A stretch of 63,861 nt of DNA, filler included, from Octopus bimaculoides (lineage: Eukaryota): assembly GCF_001194135.2 (NCBI RefSeq). It is 7 parts of 7 records of this genome, joined end to end, with 100 filler letters (N's around TTAATTAATTAA, not from the genome) between each part and the next. Parts side by side here need not be neighbours in the genome. Positions count along the whole stretch, not along the records: positions 1 to 16,650 come from NC_068988.1; positions 16,751 to 40,971 come from NC_068986.1; 5 more parts are not named here. The stretch is one strand, 5' to 3'. Below, one piece after another: positions 11,880 through 24,633 of this stretch. The notes beneath the pieces are model-generated. The model did not search any database, had not been told where the DNA came from, and saw only the letters and a list, made by a program, of their open reading frames with translations. How positions within the stretch are numbered: position 1 is the first letter of the stretch; each line of letters starts with the position of its first letter. The position numbers were made by a program, and so were the translations under genes.

Positions 11880-12050
11880 AGTTTGACCTGCTAGAAATAC
11901 CAGCCCAAACCCTCTCAAATCACACTCATATGTCTTAATGATAAGAAGGAGACATTAGATAACAGAGTCATAGACAAACCATAAAAAGTGATGTTGAGAA
12001 TATGGTCAAAATAAGTAATTCTATACAAGATATAAATAGATTTCATAGGA
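11880..12050 (+). repeat. Old interspersed repeat family (ctgctagaaatagcagcc..acattggataa..atcctagat..)
   Basis: Related diverged copies near 31190-31270, 31770-31860, 33420-33560, 34060-34150, 34490-34640 and 52840-52960. Confidence 0.6.
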
Positions 12051-15000
12051 TGATCAGTGTTGTAATCAGTATGAGAACTTATACCATTTATTACTGAGTT
12101 CAGTTCTGGTTTTGGGCCTCTGTACTGTGAGCTGTGTTAAATACATTGACTCCAGATCAACACAAAATTTTCAAATGTCCTTGCAAGCCAATAGAAAACA
12201 GATTTCACCAAACATTACCCTGAAACCATATAACTGTCTAAAATATCATTCCTTCCCTTGTATTTCAAATTCAATCTGAAAGATGAACAATTGTTTAAAA
12301 TGTCAAAAGAATCAAGCATAAACAATGATGTTCTCTACCAGACAAATAATAATACCATAGCAACTACTAGACACAACACTTCTAGCAGTGAAAGTCAAAG
12401 CTGATACAGACATCAGAATAACAACCAAATAATATAAAGAAATCATATAAAGAAATCATATAAACATACAGATATTGAACTGCCAAGTATATTTAAAGGA
12501 GTCAATAGTTTGTTAATTTGTCATTAAAATTTTTACAATTGATAACCATTTATGGACATGTCACTATTGCAATGTTTGAGCCAATAGTTTATTGATTTGT
12601 CATCATTTGAAGTACAGAGAGTTCATATCATCTTGAAAAACATTATACTGTCAATCAGGGTGGTCACATCTATAATGGCTTTGACCATATCGATACTATA
12701 TCAGGTCTCATTTAAGACTAAGGAACAATAAGAAACAACTGAGAAGATATACCGTACTATGATATGGAGATATTATGTGTGTATATGTAATATACATATA
12801 TACATATATATGTGTGTGTGCGTGTGTTAGTATATGTGGAATTTCATTGGTTTCATAATATTAAGCATTAATATATATTAATCATGAAATCTAGATCTGC
12901 TCTGGGTGAAACACCAGTCTTTTCCTGGAAGATATCTATAAAGATAGAAGCATGCAAATTAAGCATAATTCTTAAATACACCCTAAAATATTTGCAGTGG
13001 ATTTGAACTCAGTATCCAAATATAGCTCGTCCATTGCCAGAACCAGTTTCCTATTTACCTTCCTGGAACAGTGAAACATATCTTGACAAAGACAATTTAC
13101 TCTACACTGTTCAGTTTTCCTATCTAAATAGATGCTATGGTCAGCTTATGTTCACTGATGTAATGAACAAAGACATTATTTAGCTAATGTGTATTTGATT
13201 CAGTAATAATACTGGGTTGAAGAACTCTTCATCTAAAGAAACTAACATGGGAGTAACTCTATACCAGTGATGAAATATTTTATTAAGATCTTATATAACC
13301 CATGGCATTAGATTACATAAGATCGTCATCAATTGTACCATTAGTTCTTGCTCCATTGGTTCTGATGATTTTACTGATGGAAGCAGCATGAGGAACTGTT
13401 AGCATTTCAATTTGGATCAAGCCCTGATATTTACATAAAATGATGAATTGATACTGTTATTTCTGCCTACTGTCCTCAAAATCAATGACATGTCTATAAC
13501 ATTCTCTTGTGGATGATTTATTATCCAAATCCAGTTGTATGAAGGTTAATGTGGCTCCATTAATTGTATTTGCTAAGCTTTTCAAATGTTTATTTTCCTT
13601 CTTTTCATTATATTCCCATGTTACTCCCTATTCATATCACTGTCCTTGTTCAAGGTCTAATAGATTGTCTTTGATTTTACAGTTTTATGTAAACAATACC
13701 AGAGAAAAAATATAATATTGAGGTGATATAAGATATCTTGTGAAAAAGAGAATACATATAGTCTTTACAAAAAGTAACAAAATAAATACAAAAAATGAAA
13801 ATGAAAGAGAATAGATTTTTTTTATAATAAAGAGGATTATAATGAAAACTGAATGTAACGTATAAATCTCAATGATAATGTTTTATTTGCTTATCGTCTG
13901 TAATCCTTTCCACATGAGACAGTAGAGCTGGATGTCATCATTGATATGAAATCTGTTGCTGTCTCACAAACGATATAAAATCACCTGAAAGTTGAAAATA
14001 ATAAGATCGTTTCTCTATCAAAATATGCTAAACTTTTGTTTTATGTTTTATGTTTCAGTCAAATAAAAGTTTGTCCATAACATCTCCTGATTCTCATATT
14101 GCTAAATGTGATTAGATGAGATTAATTCTGTTAATATTCATGATGAGGCACTGAAGGTCAGTGGATGAGATGTGGTTGTTTGTTTTGATGTTGGGGAATC
14201 TATTGCAAGTCTATCAACAAATTGTTTGTTAAACATTCTTTGTGCCTTGTCCAGTTTAGGCCCCATCATCATGAAATATGTGTCATCTGATATACAATGT
14301 GCTGCTTCAATGTATCCATCAATGTCTAGGTGTGACTTCAGCTAATTTCTTTGAAAAAGAGAAAGAAAGAGGCTGAGAGGAAAAAAGGGTGAGTGATAGA
14401 GACAAGATCAACTCTAGGCTAGGAATAGTTGAATATTTATTACCCTTGAAAGGAAAACAAGTAAAGTCAATTTTGGTGGTGTTTGAAATCAGAGTGAAGA
14501 GAGTTAGAATGAATACAAAGTAATATCTTTTGTGCTCCAGTGACTCTGCCACTATTCTATCTCTCTCTCTCTCTCTGTATATATCATCATCATCATTTAA
14601 TGTCTGTTTTACATCATGTCTGATACGTACATACAATCAGTGCTCAAGTTGACTTGCTGCCTAAACTCCAACTTAAACTGCAATTTAAAATGCAGGAATG
14701 TTATAGCTGCCTATTGAAGATTGGCTTTAGGTGGTATCAGGTCAGATTATGACATTTGTGTGTTTAAACATTGACAAAACTTGAGGGTAGAAATGAATAT
14801 GATAAGAGAATAGATGACAAGTGGTTATTAAAAGTCAGTTGAGGAATGTTCATAATGGTTATGATATATGCTGGTATTCCTCCAGAACACTTATAAGAAA
14901 AACCATATTATTGATATCAATAGATAGTATGAAAAAGTGATCCTCATAGGTAGTTGGATGAAAAGGAAGAGGACGGGCAGATAATTCCTAACAGCTATTT

Positions 15001-16161
15001 CAAGAATAGATGCACAGATTGTGCAATTCCCTTCAAGTAGTCAGTAGCCAGCATTTTAGTGGCAATGCTTTTTATTGCAAACCAGCATAAATGACCATTC
15101 TCAAAAAAATCATGGCAGCTGTCCTTTAACTGGTAATTTCCGAATTAAAGGTGTTCAATATATAGAGTTAAGGTACAGATTGACAACCTCTACATACAAA
15201 ACTTATACTGCTGCCACAGAAAACAGCTTCTAAATGAGATTTTAATCAAACAGAAATTCCTTCAGATATCTTGAGAACAGGTTAGCAATGAGCCCAGCAC
15301 TTTTGGCAATTAAAAGAGGCTGGTTTTAGTCTATTTTGAAAAAGGTTAACCACTACAGACATGGATCATACCAAAATTCTTTGGGATCTTCACTGTGTTA
15401 GAATGAAAAGTACTTTAATTTATTTCAAAACAAATCTTTATTGAACCACAAAATGGAGCTCCTCAAATTCTGAAGGTACATATTAAGGTGCCTTATGTGC
15501 TACCAAGCAATTCCCTTTTAAGTTTTGCCAAACATAATTAGTCTTTTAAAATAGCCCAGTTCCTTTTATATAACTTTTTTTTGTTTTTTTTTTTGCTGGC
15601 AGTTCATAGATTGTCTTCCCCACCATTTCTTTTTCAGACCTTTGACCTTTGTTATGCATGATTTTTTTTTGCCACTTTATATATTATAATACTTATTACA
15701 TCTAATGTGATTTTTCATCAACCATCAAATAATTTTAGCTGCCTTTGGTACCAGGATTGCTTTACATTGATTAGATTTTGTATCCAACCAATGGTAACAA
15801 CTCTACTTAGAAACCAGGAGGTATTTTGTTACTTCAGGAGTGTTAGCTCTGACTGTCTGACCATGTTGCTCAATTTTCCAAGTCAGACCCTGCTTATTGT
15901 GTTCTCTTCAATAAGGATCCAGTTGGGTTGACAGCATTTGTTGGTTGACCATATGCCACATGGTCATGGAGGATGAGGTGGTATCTCATGGAGATGGAAA
16001 CTGACTTGGACTCTGTTCAACAGGTCACTGGGTAGACCAGAGAATGTACTAACAAATGGTGAATACAGCAACATATTGCAGTGGGGCATACCTCCACACC
16101 TCACCTGATCTACCCTATGTCTTTCAAAAATTATCTATATTTTATTTTCAAATTATTATAT

Positions 16162-16325
16162 GGTGCAGACGTGGCCGTGTTGTAAGAAGTTTGCTTCCCG
16201 ACCACATGGTTCCAGGTTCAGTCCCCCTGTGTGGCACCTTGAGCAAGTGTCTTCTACTATAGTCTTGGTCCAATCAAAGCCTTGTGAGTGGATTTGGTTG
16301 GCAGAAACTGAAAAAATCCCATTGT
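16162..16325 (+). mobile_element. SINE family A, 5' half
   Basis: Head and core match 9842-9990; ends in its internal (TA)n/(TACA)n array. Confidence 0.9.
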
Positions 16326-16346
16326 ATATATATATATATATATATA

Positions 16347-16394
<48 letters not shown>

Positions 16395-16417
16395 AATATA
16401 TATAAAAATATGCATAT

Positions 16418-16650
16418 ATCATCATCATCATCATCATCGTTTAACGTCCGCTTTCCATGCTAGCATGGGTTGGACGATTTGACTGAGGACTGGTGAAACC
16501 GGATGGCAACACCAGGCTCCAGTCTGATTTGGCAGAGTTTCTACAGCTGGATGCCCTTCCTAACGCCAACCACTCAGAGAGTGTAGTGGGTGCTTTTACG
16601 TGTCACCCGCACGAAAACGGCCACGCTCGAAATGGTGTCTTTTATGTGCC
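16418..16650 (-). mobile_element. RTE-related 3' end with (GAT)n tail
   Basis: Reverse complement of ..aggaagggcatccagctgtagaaac..ccaacccatgctagcatggaaagcggacgttaaac(gat)n; runs into a gap. Confidence 0.88.
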
Positions 16651-16694
16651 NNNNNNNNNNNNNNNNNNNNNNNNNNNNNNNNNNNNNNNNNNNN

Positions 16695-16706
16695 TTAATT
16701 AATTAA
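16695..16706. other. Assembly gap linker TTAATTAATTAA
   Basis: Same 12-mer centred in ~100-bp N gaps, also at 41016, 48369, 54942, 58246 and 62510; carries stops in all six frames. Confidence 0.95.
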
Positions 16707-16969
16707 NNNNNNNNNNNNNNNNNNNNNNNNNNNNNNNNNNNNNNNNNNNNATATATATATATATCCATACATATATAAGATCATTACTATAGAATAATGC
16801 CTCATGCTAAACTACCATAATAAACACATTTTTACCGAACGCGAGGAAGATGCAACTCTCAAAAATCTGGTCTCTTAAAAACAGACTTAACTATATATCG
16901 AACGCTTTCACGATTATTACAACAATATGTAACTTTGAATATCTTCGATGCACATTTCGGATTTCTAAG

Positions 16970-17790
16970 TGAGAGTATGTGACAGAAATATTTGCTCAAC
17001 TTTATATTGTGAACGCAAGTATGCAAGGTAAAGACGAAAACATTCTCACTTCGACAGATTCGCTGGTTTCATTAAAAAATTTAGAAGAATGGAGCAAAAA
17101 CCGGCAATTTTGAAATTTTAAAAGCTGCATAAAAGAAATGATTCCTATTGTAGTTGATCCTTTGTCAAAATTGAAAGAAAAAATTGAATTCTATTTTCCA
17201 TCATTTAGCGTGGAAGATTATGGTTGGGTTCGAAATCCCTTCATAAATATTGCTTTTAATATCGGTCTTAAATTATCTGAAGAAGAACAATTGACATCTG
17301 TATTCAATAATTGTGGACTTCAAATCAAGTACACTGAGTTAACTATTGATTAATTTTGGATTGCTATTCGAGAGGCATGCTCCACTATTGCGAAAAACGG
17401 TTTATCAGTTTTGTAATCTTCTATTTCATATTTATGTGAATTGTGATTTTCAAGACTTGATAACATCAAATATAAGAAAGGAGAGAGCTTTTGTTGCATT
17501 AATGAGGAAATGGGGATCTGCTTATCACAAATATGCCCAAAACATTGAAACTGTAACCAAAAATAGCAGATTCATGTTTCCCACTGATAGCTTACTTCAC
17601 TTGCTGAATAAAGGTAACCAGGTGTGTACAAATGTGTTTTAATTGTTTTAATACATTTTGACTATGCCATCCTAATATTTATACACGCGTTTTTTTTTAA
17701 TATAGTTTCTGGATTTATGTACAAAGTGAGTTCCGATATTTTTACTTGTTCTTAAGTGTGCCACAAATAAAACAAGTTTGCGAGCCATTG
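16970..17790 (+). mobile_element. hAT (Charlie/Buster-like) transposon 3' remnant with transposase C-terminus
   Basis: YVTEIFAQL..SMQGKDENI..WVRNPF..LSEEEQL..FW..SYLCEL*FSRL..QIHVSH*, the hAT dimerisation-domain pattern. TIR-like AAGTTTGCGAGCCATTG ends at 17790. Confidence 0.88.
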
Positions 17791-18719
17791 ATGTGAGAAA
17801 TATGGAAATATCTCTCATTTGCATATATTTCATCAGGACAGATTACTGTTATGCTGGTGATGTTCCACTTGATTTTCTTGTCAACGTTAAATATGTCTCT
17901 TTGGTTGATATATGTATATATATATGCATTTGTATCTATGTTTTGCCTTCTCTTAGATGAATAGTTAAAGTACTGAAGGCCTCATCAGTCCTGGGTTCAT
18001 TGGTGTGTCTGCGAGTGAAATTCTTCCGTAGGCAATTCTGTGACATACAAATTAACCAATATTTGGGACTCTGGCTGGTGCTACTTCTTCGAGTCAGAGT
18101 AAAGCCACAATAGTGGCTAAGAACTCTGGAACTCCCGAATCAGGGACCCACTACTGGATGCAATTTAAAGTGATACTCAGGGCTAATCCTACATTCTACA
18201 TCCTGAAACCTGCTGGGTTCGTGGCATTTGTTGCACAAGATCAACGTAATTTTAAAGGATGAGAGAATGGAATTGGACCTGCACAAACGATGCCCACTTT
18301 AATAATATTCATCGTGATGGTTGTTTAGCAATCCAAGACACCGATACCAACACCATTACACATTCTTCATAAGTCCAATGGCCATTGAGAAAGAGGTGAC
18401 GGAGACAGGTTGAGGATGTCACTAACGGAGACAAGTTTTCAACTTTAACCCTGCTCGCAAGTAGTCATAGGTTGATGATCATTTTCCTCAAACCTCGAGC
18501 ACATGTGGATTTCGTACCCTCCAAAGATGACAGAATACACCACTTTAGGTGCAGCACAGCTCTTCCCCTATGCAAGGATAGGGGACTGAAAAGGAATCTT
18601 AAACAAAGTCTGACCCACCTGAACTAACCAGGTCAATTCTGCTTCTGGCTGGTCACCCAGTGATGCAGTTGAAAAAAGAGGGTAACTTTTCAATCTAGAC
18701 ACAACTCAGGACAAAGAAA

Positions 18720-19152
18720 TTAATCCTCGGCTCATGGAATGTCAGGACTACTAGGCATGACAACAGAATTACTCTAACATCCAGAACACTGAGCAGATAT
18801 AGCATTAACATAGCTGCACTGAGTGAGACGAGGTGTGCAGAGTAGGACTAGGTGGAGGTGGTCAGTGCGGATTATACATTCTTCGGGATTGGTAAGTCCA
18901 AAAAAGAGTCCGGACGAGCAGGTGTAGCTTGTCATGCGATCTTAGCTTGCTAACAAGCTCGATTCACTGCCGAAAGGAATCAATGACCACTTCATGGCGT
19001 TACGACTGGAATTGGCAAGACAGCGTGCCACTATTATAAGTGTTATGCTCCGACCATGATCCACATGGAGGAAGCCAAAGAAACCTCCTATGATGATATC
19101 AGTAGAGTAATTAGAGAAGTGCCATGCAAAGATAAAATTATCTTCTTAGGGG
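18720..19152 (+). mobile_element. RTE-clade LINE, AP-endonuclease pseudogene (5' part only)
   Basis: LGSWNVRT..INIAALSETR..YTFFGIGK..AGV..KGINDHFMALRL..YAPTM..YDDISRVIREVPCKDKIIFLG; cut just before the expected DFNA motif; stops and frameshifts. Confidence 0.9.
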
Positions 19153-20370
19153 TAGGAGTATTATCCTTAGCAACTGTGTTTTCGTGTCTGTGTGTTCGTT
19201 TGACTGTAATTCTATGTGTTTCGTCTGTGTGTCTACGTCTTTAGGTTTCCGTAATTCTGGGTTGTCTTGTTTCTGTTCGTTATTACTTGTATGCTTTTGC
19301 ATGTCTATGTGTTTGAGCTTCTGCTGGTCTGAACGACTCTGCACTTGTAAGTCTTCTACTGGTGATCCTATTGGTAAATCTTCCCTGTTTCTCGTCGTGG
19401 GTTGGGTTTCCTTTTCCATTGTTTTGTGCTTCTTCAATTCCACTATCGTCGGTGATTTCCTTCTCTCTCTTTTTCTGGCTTTCACCTCCACAAAGTTCCC
19501 GTCATATTCTGTTTTCTGTTTCTGATGATTTTCTACCATTATATTCTCCTGAATACTCTCCTCCACCATTCCCACTGCCGCTCTAGGGCATTTTTTCTCA
19601 AGTGCCCTCTTTCACCACATCCGTAACACTTTGGGGGTCTCCCCTCCAACATTATCTCCAGTTTTTCTTCATTTGGTAAGTCTAAAGTTTCAGGCGTTTC
19701 GTCGTAATATTTCGGGCTCACTGCACAGATTATCTCTAATCCGTAGCCGCAGCACTTCAATTGTTGTGTTCGGCTTATTATGCCAATCCTCAGGTCTTCG
19801 CTTTTCTTCCTCAGCTTCGAATTAAAAATTGCGGCTATTATTGACCCTGGGTCTATCGACGGTGGGATTCTTCCCACTCTAATTCTAACAATTCTTTTTC
19901 CCAAACAGTTTAGCATCAACGTCCATTTTTGTCCCTGTATCAGCCTGCTGTCGGTTTTTTTCGCCTCCTCTTCTGATACAAAGGTTACTACTATCGACAC
20001 ATATCTCTTTCCTCTTGTAAAGAACGTCACGCTGTCTCCTATTTGTTCTTCCAAGATTTCTTCTATCTCTTCCAGCGGCGCGTGTTCAATTCTACTATTT
20101 TCATTCGAAAATGTTCTGAATATGACCGTCTTCCTTTTTCTTTTTTTCGTCCTCTGGTAGGGTCATTTTCACATTTGACCCTACCTTCCTTACCATACCA
20201 TAATATTTGTTTATCAGCTCCTCATTCCACTGCATCATCTCCGGCTTCATCAGACGTGGGTCCAGGGGAACTCGACCTCCAGTAGCCTCCGCGTAACTTT
20301 TCATTTTTTCAGTTATTCACTACTACCCAACAATGGCGGCTTCGCTCAAAAATTCGGCTAGAGTCCCTCC
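19153..20370 (-). mobile_element. Non-LTR retrotransposon ORF1 (gag-like, CCHC zinc knuckle; Tx1/L1-like), frameshifted
   Basis: Three consecutive minus ORFs (20304, 20054, 19575) join into one protein. LEGRPPKCYGCGERGHLRK; a 1-nt loss in an A-run removes the last Cys. K/E/Q-rich tail; no ORF2. Confidence 0.75.
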
Positions 20371-20388
20371 AAAAACAACAAAAAAAAG

Positions 20389-20982
20389 TGGCTTGCTAGC
20401 TGTCAATGCCTTTTTGCCTTTGAAAACATATATTTCAAGTGAAATACATTGAGAGATTTAGAAATGTATTATTTCTATTTTCGAAATCAGTGAGAGAGAT
20501 TTATATAGTAGCAGCACGATAAAGTGATGGTATGTTGTCAACTTATGGTGACAGTCCCATGAAAGGAAATGTGTCAAGGCCAACAGGAAAAGTGTTTCCT
20601 AGGGCTAAATAGCAGTAGCAACTCGAACATAACATCACTTTATCGTGCTGCTACTGTATAAGACTCTCTGAGAGATTTAGAAATGTATTATTTCTATTTT
20701 CGAAATCAGTGAATGTATTTCACTTGAAATACATGTTTTCAAATGCGAATAGGCATCGACAGCTAGCAAGCCATGCTACTCTAGACTGATGATGACCAAT
20801 GACTCTGAAACTAGTCTCTGGATGCTGGCTTTGCTGGATGGAGGTGTTTATCTCCTCCTTTGAAAACATTAGGACACAGAAAATGTATCAAGACCAACAG
20901 GAAACGGTGTTTCCTAGGGCTAAATAGCAGTAGCATTCTTCCCTTCCATGGGACTGTCACATGACAACAAACCATCACTTTA
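20389..20982 (+). mobile_element. ORF-less hammerhead-bearing ~340-bp unit with tandem redundancy and an inverted partial copy (retrozyme or non-autonomous PLE candidate)
   Basis: Direct repeats 20567-20620/20881-20935 and CATCACTTTA 20633/20973. 20389-20566 is an inverted copy spanning the unit junction. Hammerhead motif at 20781-20821. Confidence 0.6.
20781..20821 (+). ncRNA. Type I hammerhead motif (core intact, stem II weak)
   Basis: CTAGA-CTGATGA-tgaccaatgactct-GAAA-CTAG-TC-TCTGG. Stem I 5 bp with one G-U; palindromic ACTAGT stem III; GUC triplet. Confidence 0.7.
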
Positions 20983-20989
20983 TATATAT

Positions 20990-21475
20990 ATGAAAGATGG
21001 GCTACAGAAAATATTCTTCTCAACGCCACAGATTTGCTGGTCATTCGTTTGACCCTAACTAGTTGAGTATGTCCCTTAGTGGCTGACGATATGTGCATCT
21101 CTGATCACGCGCAGAATTAGCGGGAGGGCATTATAACCATGTGCTGAGAGGAATTCGTTGGAGTTTGGATAATTCACCTTTGGAAACATGGATGCTTCAT
21201 TCATCATCCTTAAACAAACCTTATTCAGGGACCTTTTCAGCGTGATGGGCTACTCAACCTGAAGAAAATTCTAACTGGGCTCCACCTGCAAGGTTATGCG
21301 CTGTTTATCTTGATATGAGATCTCCATGTCGCGCACAAATGGCGATGATGCATGTGCCTAGTGTATCCTTACCAGACGGGTAGTCATGATGGGTATACTG
21401 GACTTCGTATATTTTACCCCAGTGTCACTTTGATAGCATGCACTGCTCTCTCACTCAATAATAATAATGATAATG
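20990..21475 (+). repeat. Interspersed repeat ending in (AAT)n, probable LINE/SINE 3' end
   Basis: GC-richer block ending ..gcactgctctctcactc(aat)n; family not identified. Confidence 0.5.
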
Positions 21476-21477
21476 TA

Positions 21478-21513
<36 letters not shown>

Positions 21514-21715
21514 CATAAATATATATATGTACATGCACACGTATACATACATATATATACACATACAAATATATGTATATATGTATTTCAACACAGAATT
21601 TACATCAAGAATGTTACAAAGTTAAAACAGAGACGAAATGTGTGTGAGTGTGTATGTGTGTGTGTGTATACGTACATGTATGCGTGTGTTGCATGTGAGT
21701 GTGTGTGTGAGCGCG

Positions 21716-21753
<38 letters not shown>

Positions 21754-22177
21754 CTGCATATAATGTATATAATGTGTATATAATGTTTGAGCGAGTGTAT
21801 AATATAGTAGTGATATATTTTTCACTTCAGTGATAAATCTTCCTGGCTCATTGTTGTTGCTCTTGTTTATGTTTTGTTTTTTATTGGTTATCGTTTTTCT
21901 TTTGTATATGAAGAAATCCAAAGTGATAAAGAAAAGCAGGTAATATGGCTCCAACCTCAGTGGCATCTAAATCACAGAACAATCCCCAAAACAAACAAAC
22001 ACACATTAATCTAGTTATGACTAAGAAAGACAGAATAGAATTCCTGAAATAATTTTTCTCTTTTTTTCACTTCTTTTATAGACATTTCTCACTTTTTTTC
22101 AATTTTCATTTCGTTGTTGTTGTTGTTGTTGTTGTTGCTGTTGGGGCTGTTGCTGATGTTGGTTTTATTATTATTAA

Positions 22178-22215
<38 letters not shown>

Positions 22216-22526
22216 TTACATTTTCCGGGAAAAGACGCCAAACCTTAAGACTAACTCGTAAAAATGGCATAAAACATTTTTAAAACCAAACTATGTGTGT
22301 GCGGGGGGGGGACTGTGTGAGATGTGTGTGTGTGTGCGTGCGTGCGAGCATATATAAATAATTATGTATATATGCTGGAATGTCTATATATGTGTGCTTG
22401 CATGCTTTTATGTATGCATGTGTGTGTGAATATATGTAGGTACTTATGCTTTTGTATACGCATATATGTATGTATCTATGTATGTGTGTATGTATGTGAG
22501 TGTGCGCGTGTGTGTGTGTGTGTGTC

Positions 22527-22627
<101 letters not shown>

Positions 22628-22978
22628 ACGTATGGAGAAAGAAAGAAACAAACAGATAAATTATTTCTCCCTGAAATCATATATTAATGTGATTCTTTAA
22701 GTCTGCATGGCTGGGTGTGTTTGTCTCTGTGAGTATACGCCTCCATATTTATACATCTGTAGTTTTCGTCTGTATGTACTGTAAGTGCGCTTGCACAAAC
22801 AAATTTATCAAAAATATATACACCTCTGTTTAACTATATGCGATCGTAATAATAATAATAATAAGAAGAAGAAGAAGAAGAAGAATAGTAATAATAATAA
22901 TAATGTGTATGTGTGTATCTATATCTATCTCTCAATATATATGTACACACACACATATATGTACACACACACATATAT

Positions 22979-23031
<53 letters not shown>

Positions 23032-23033
<2 letters not shown>

Positions 23034-23113
23034 GGCGGCGAGCTGGCAGAAACGTTAGCACGCCGGGCGAAATGCTTAGCGGTATTTCGTCTGCTGTGAC
23101 GTTCTGAGTTCAA
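23032..23113 (+). mobile_element. SINE family B head (truncated by gap)
   Basis: AAGGCGGCGAGCTGGCAGAAACGTTAG..GTTCTGAGTTCAA, matching the head at 32951-33183. Confidence 0.9.
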
Positions 23114-24035
23114 NNNNNNNNNNNNNNNNNNNNNNNNNNNNNNNNNNNNNNNNNNNNNNNNNNNNNNNNNNNNNNNNNNNNNNNNNNNNNNNNNNNNNNN
23201 NNNNNNNNNNNNNNNNNNNNNNNNNNNNNNNNNNNNNNNNNNNNNNNNNNNNNNNNNNNNNNNNNNNNNNNNNNNNNNNNNNNNNNNNNNNNNNNNNNNN
23301 NNNNNNNNNNNNNNNNNNNNNNNNNNNNNNNNNNNNNNNNNNNNNNNNNNNNNNNNNNNNNNNNNNNNNNNNNNNNNNNNNNNNNNNNNNNNNNNNNNNN
23401 NNNNNNNNNNNNNNNNNNNNNNNNNNNNNNNNNNNNNNNNNNNNNNNNNNNNNNNNNNNNNNNNNNNNNNNNNNNNNNNNNNNNNNNNNNNNNNNNNNNN
23501 NNNNNNNNNNNNNNNNNNNNNNNNNNNNNNNNNNNNNNNNNNNNNNNNNNNNNNNNNNNNNNNNNNNNNNNNNNNNNNNNNNNNNNNNNNNNNNNNNNNN
23601 NNNNNNNNNNNNNNNNNNNNNNNNNNNNNNNNNNNNNNNNNNNNNNNNNNNNNNNNNNNNNNNNNNNNNNNNNNNNNNNNNNNNNNNNNNNNNNNNNNNN
23701 NNNNNNNNNNNNNNNNNNNNNNNNNNNNNNNNNNNNNNNNNNNNNNNNNNNNNNNNNNNNNNNNNNNNNNNNNNNNNNNNNNNNNNNNNNNNNNNNNNNN
23801 NNNNNNNNNNNNNNNNNNNNNNNNNNNNNNNNNNNNNNNNNNNNNNNNNNNNNNNNGGAGGTCATCGCTCCCATCTCTAGCTTTACGTGATACTCACAGA
23901 CCTCCCTTGCAAATGCTATATACGGACACAGACTGTATGCCGTTAGCCAGCTGGAAAAGATGTTTTCCTGGGGATAAAACAACAGTAACATCGTCCTTTA
24001 CAGACCGCCACGTTATATTGGCATATAAACATTAC

Positions 24036-24096
<61 letters not shown>

Positions 24097-24597
24097 TTGT
24101 ATATGTGTTTGTGTGTATAAATGTGTGTGTATGTGTATATATATATGTGTGACTGCATGTTGCGTTTTTGTGTGTGTATATGTGTACATTTACATATAGG
24201 TATAATATACCGGTAGATACAATTAATATATAATTAAAACTTTTCACGATTTTAATGTTTCTGTTGCTACTCGCACTCATCTGACTAGGAAAAATAAATT
24301 TTAAGACATTATTTGTCATTATAGTGTTGCAATATCGAATTTTCTTTTGATTGTCTTATATATCGAAAAGGGATGTATATTAGAACTATATATAAGTATA
24401 TATATACATATGGGACAGGGAATCTGAAAACAAACATAAACATAGAAACTCCCTGACAACTTTCTCAGACGTCGGCTGGACATCAATTCAATTTCGACAC
24501 CTACGACACTACCGCTATATCCAATCGTATCTAAAGCATGAAACCATAAGCGAACAATGTAGACACTAAAATTAAATAACAGAATAATAACAGGAAA

Positions 24598-24633
<36 letters not shown>

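Noticed and set aside
12050-15520. Several candidate splice-bounded exons on both strands
   Set aside because: I could not chain them into a consistent, recognisable protein; AT-rich DNA gives many spurious acceptors.
17970-17995. CTGATGAGGCC on minus; similar partial motifs at 37062-37090 and 45840-45890
   Set aside because: No complete stem II/GAAA/UH arrangement, so not callable as hammerheads.
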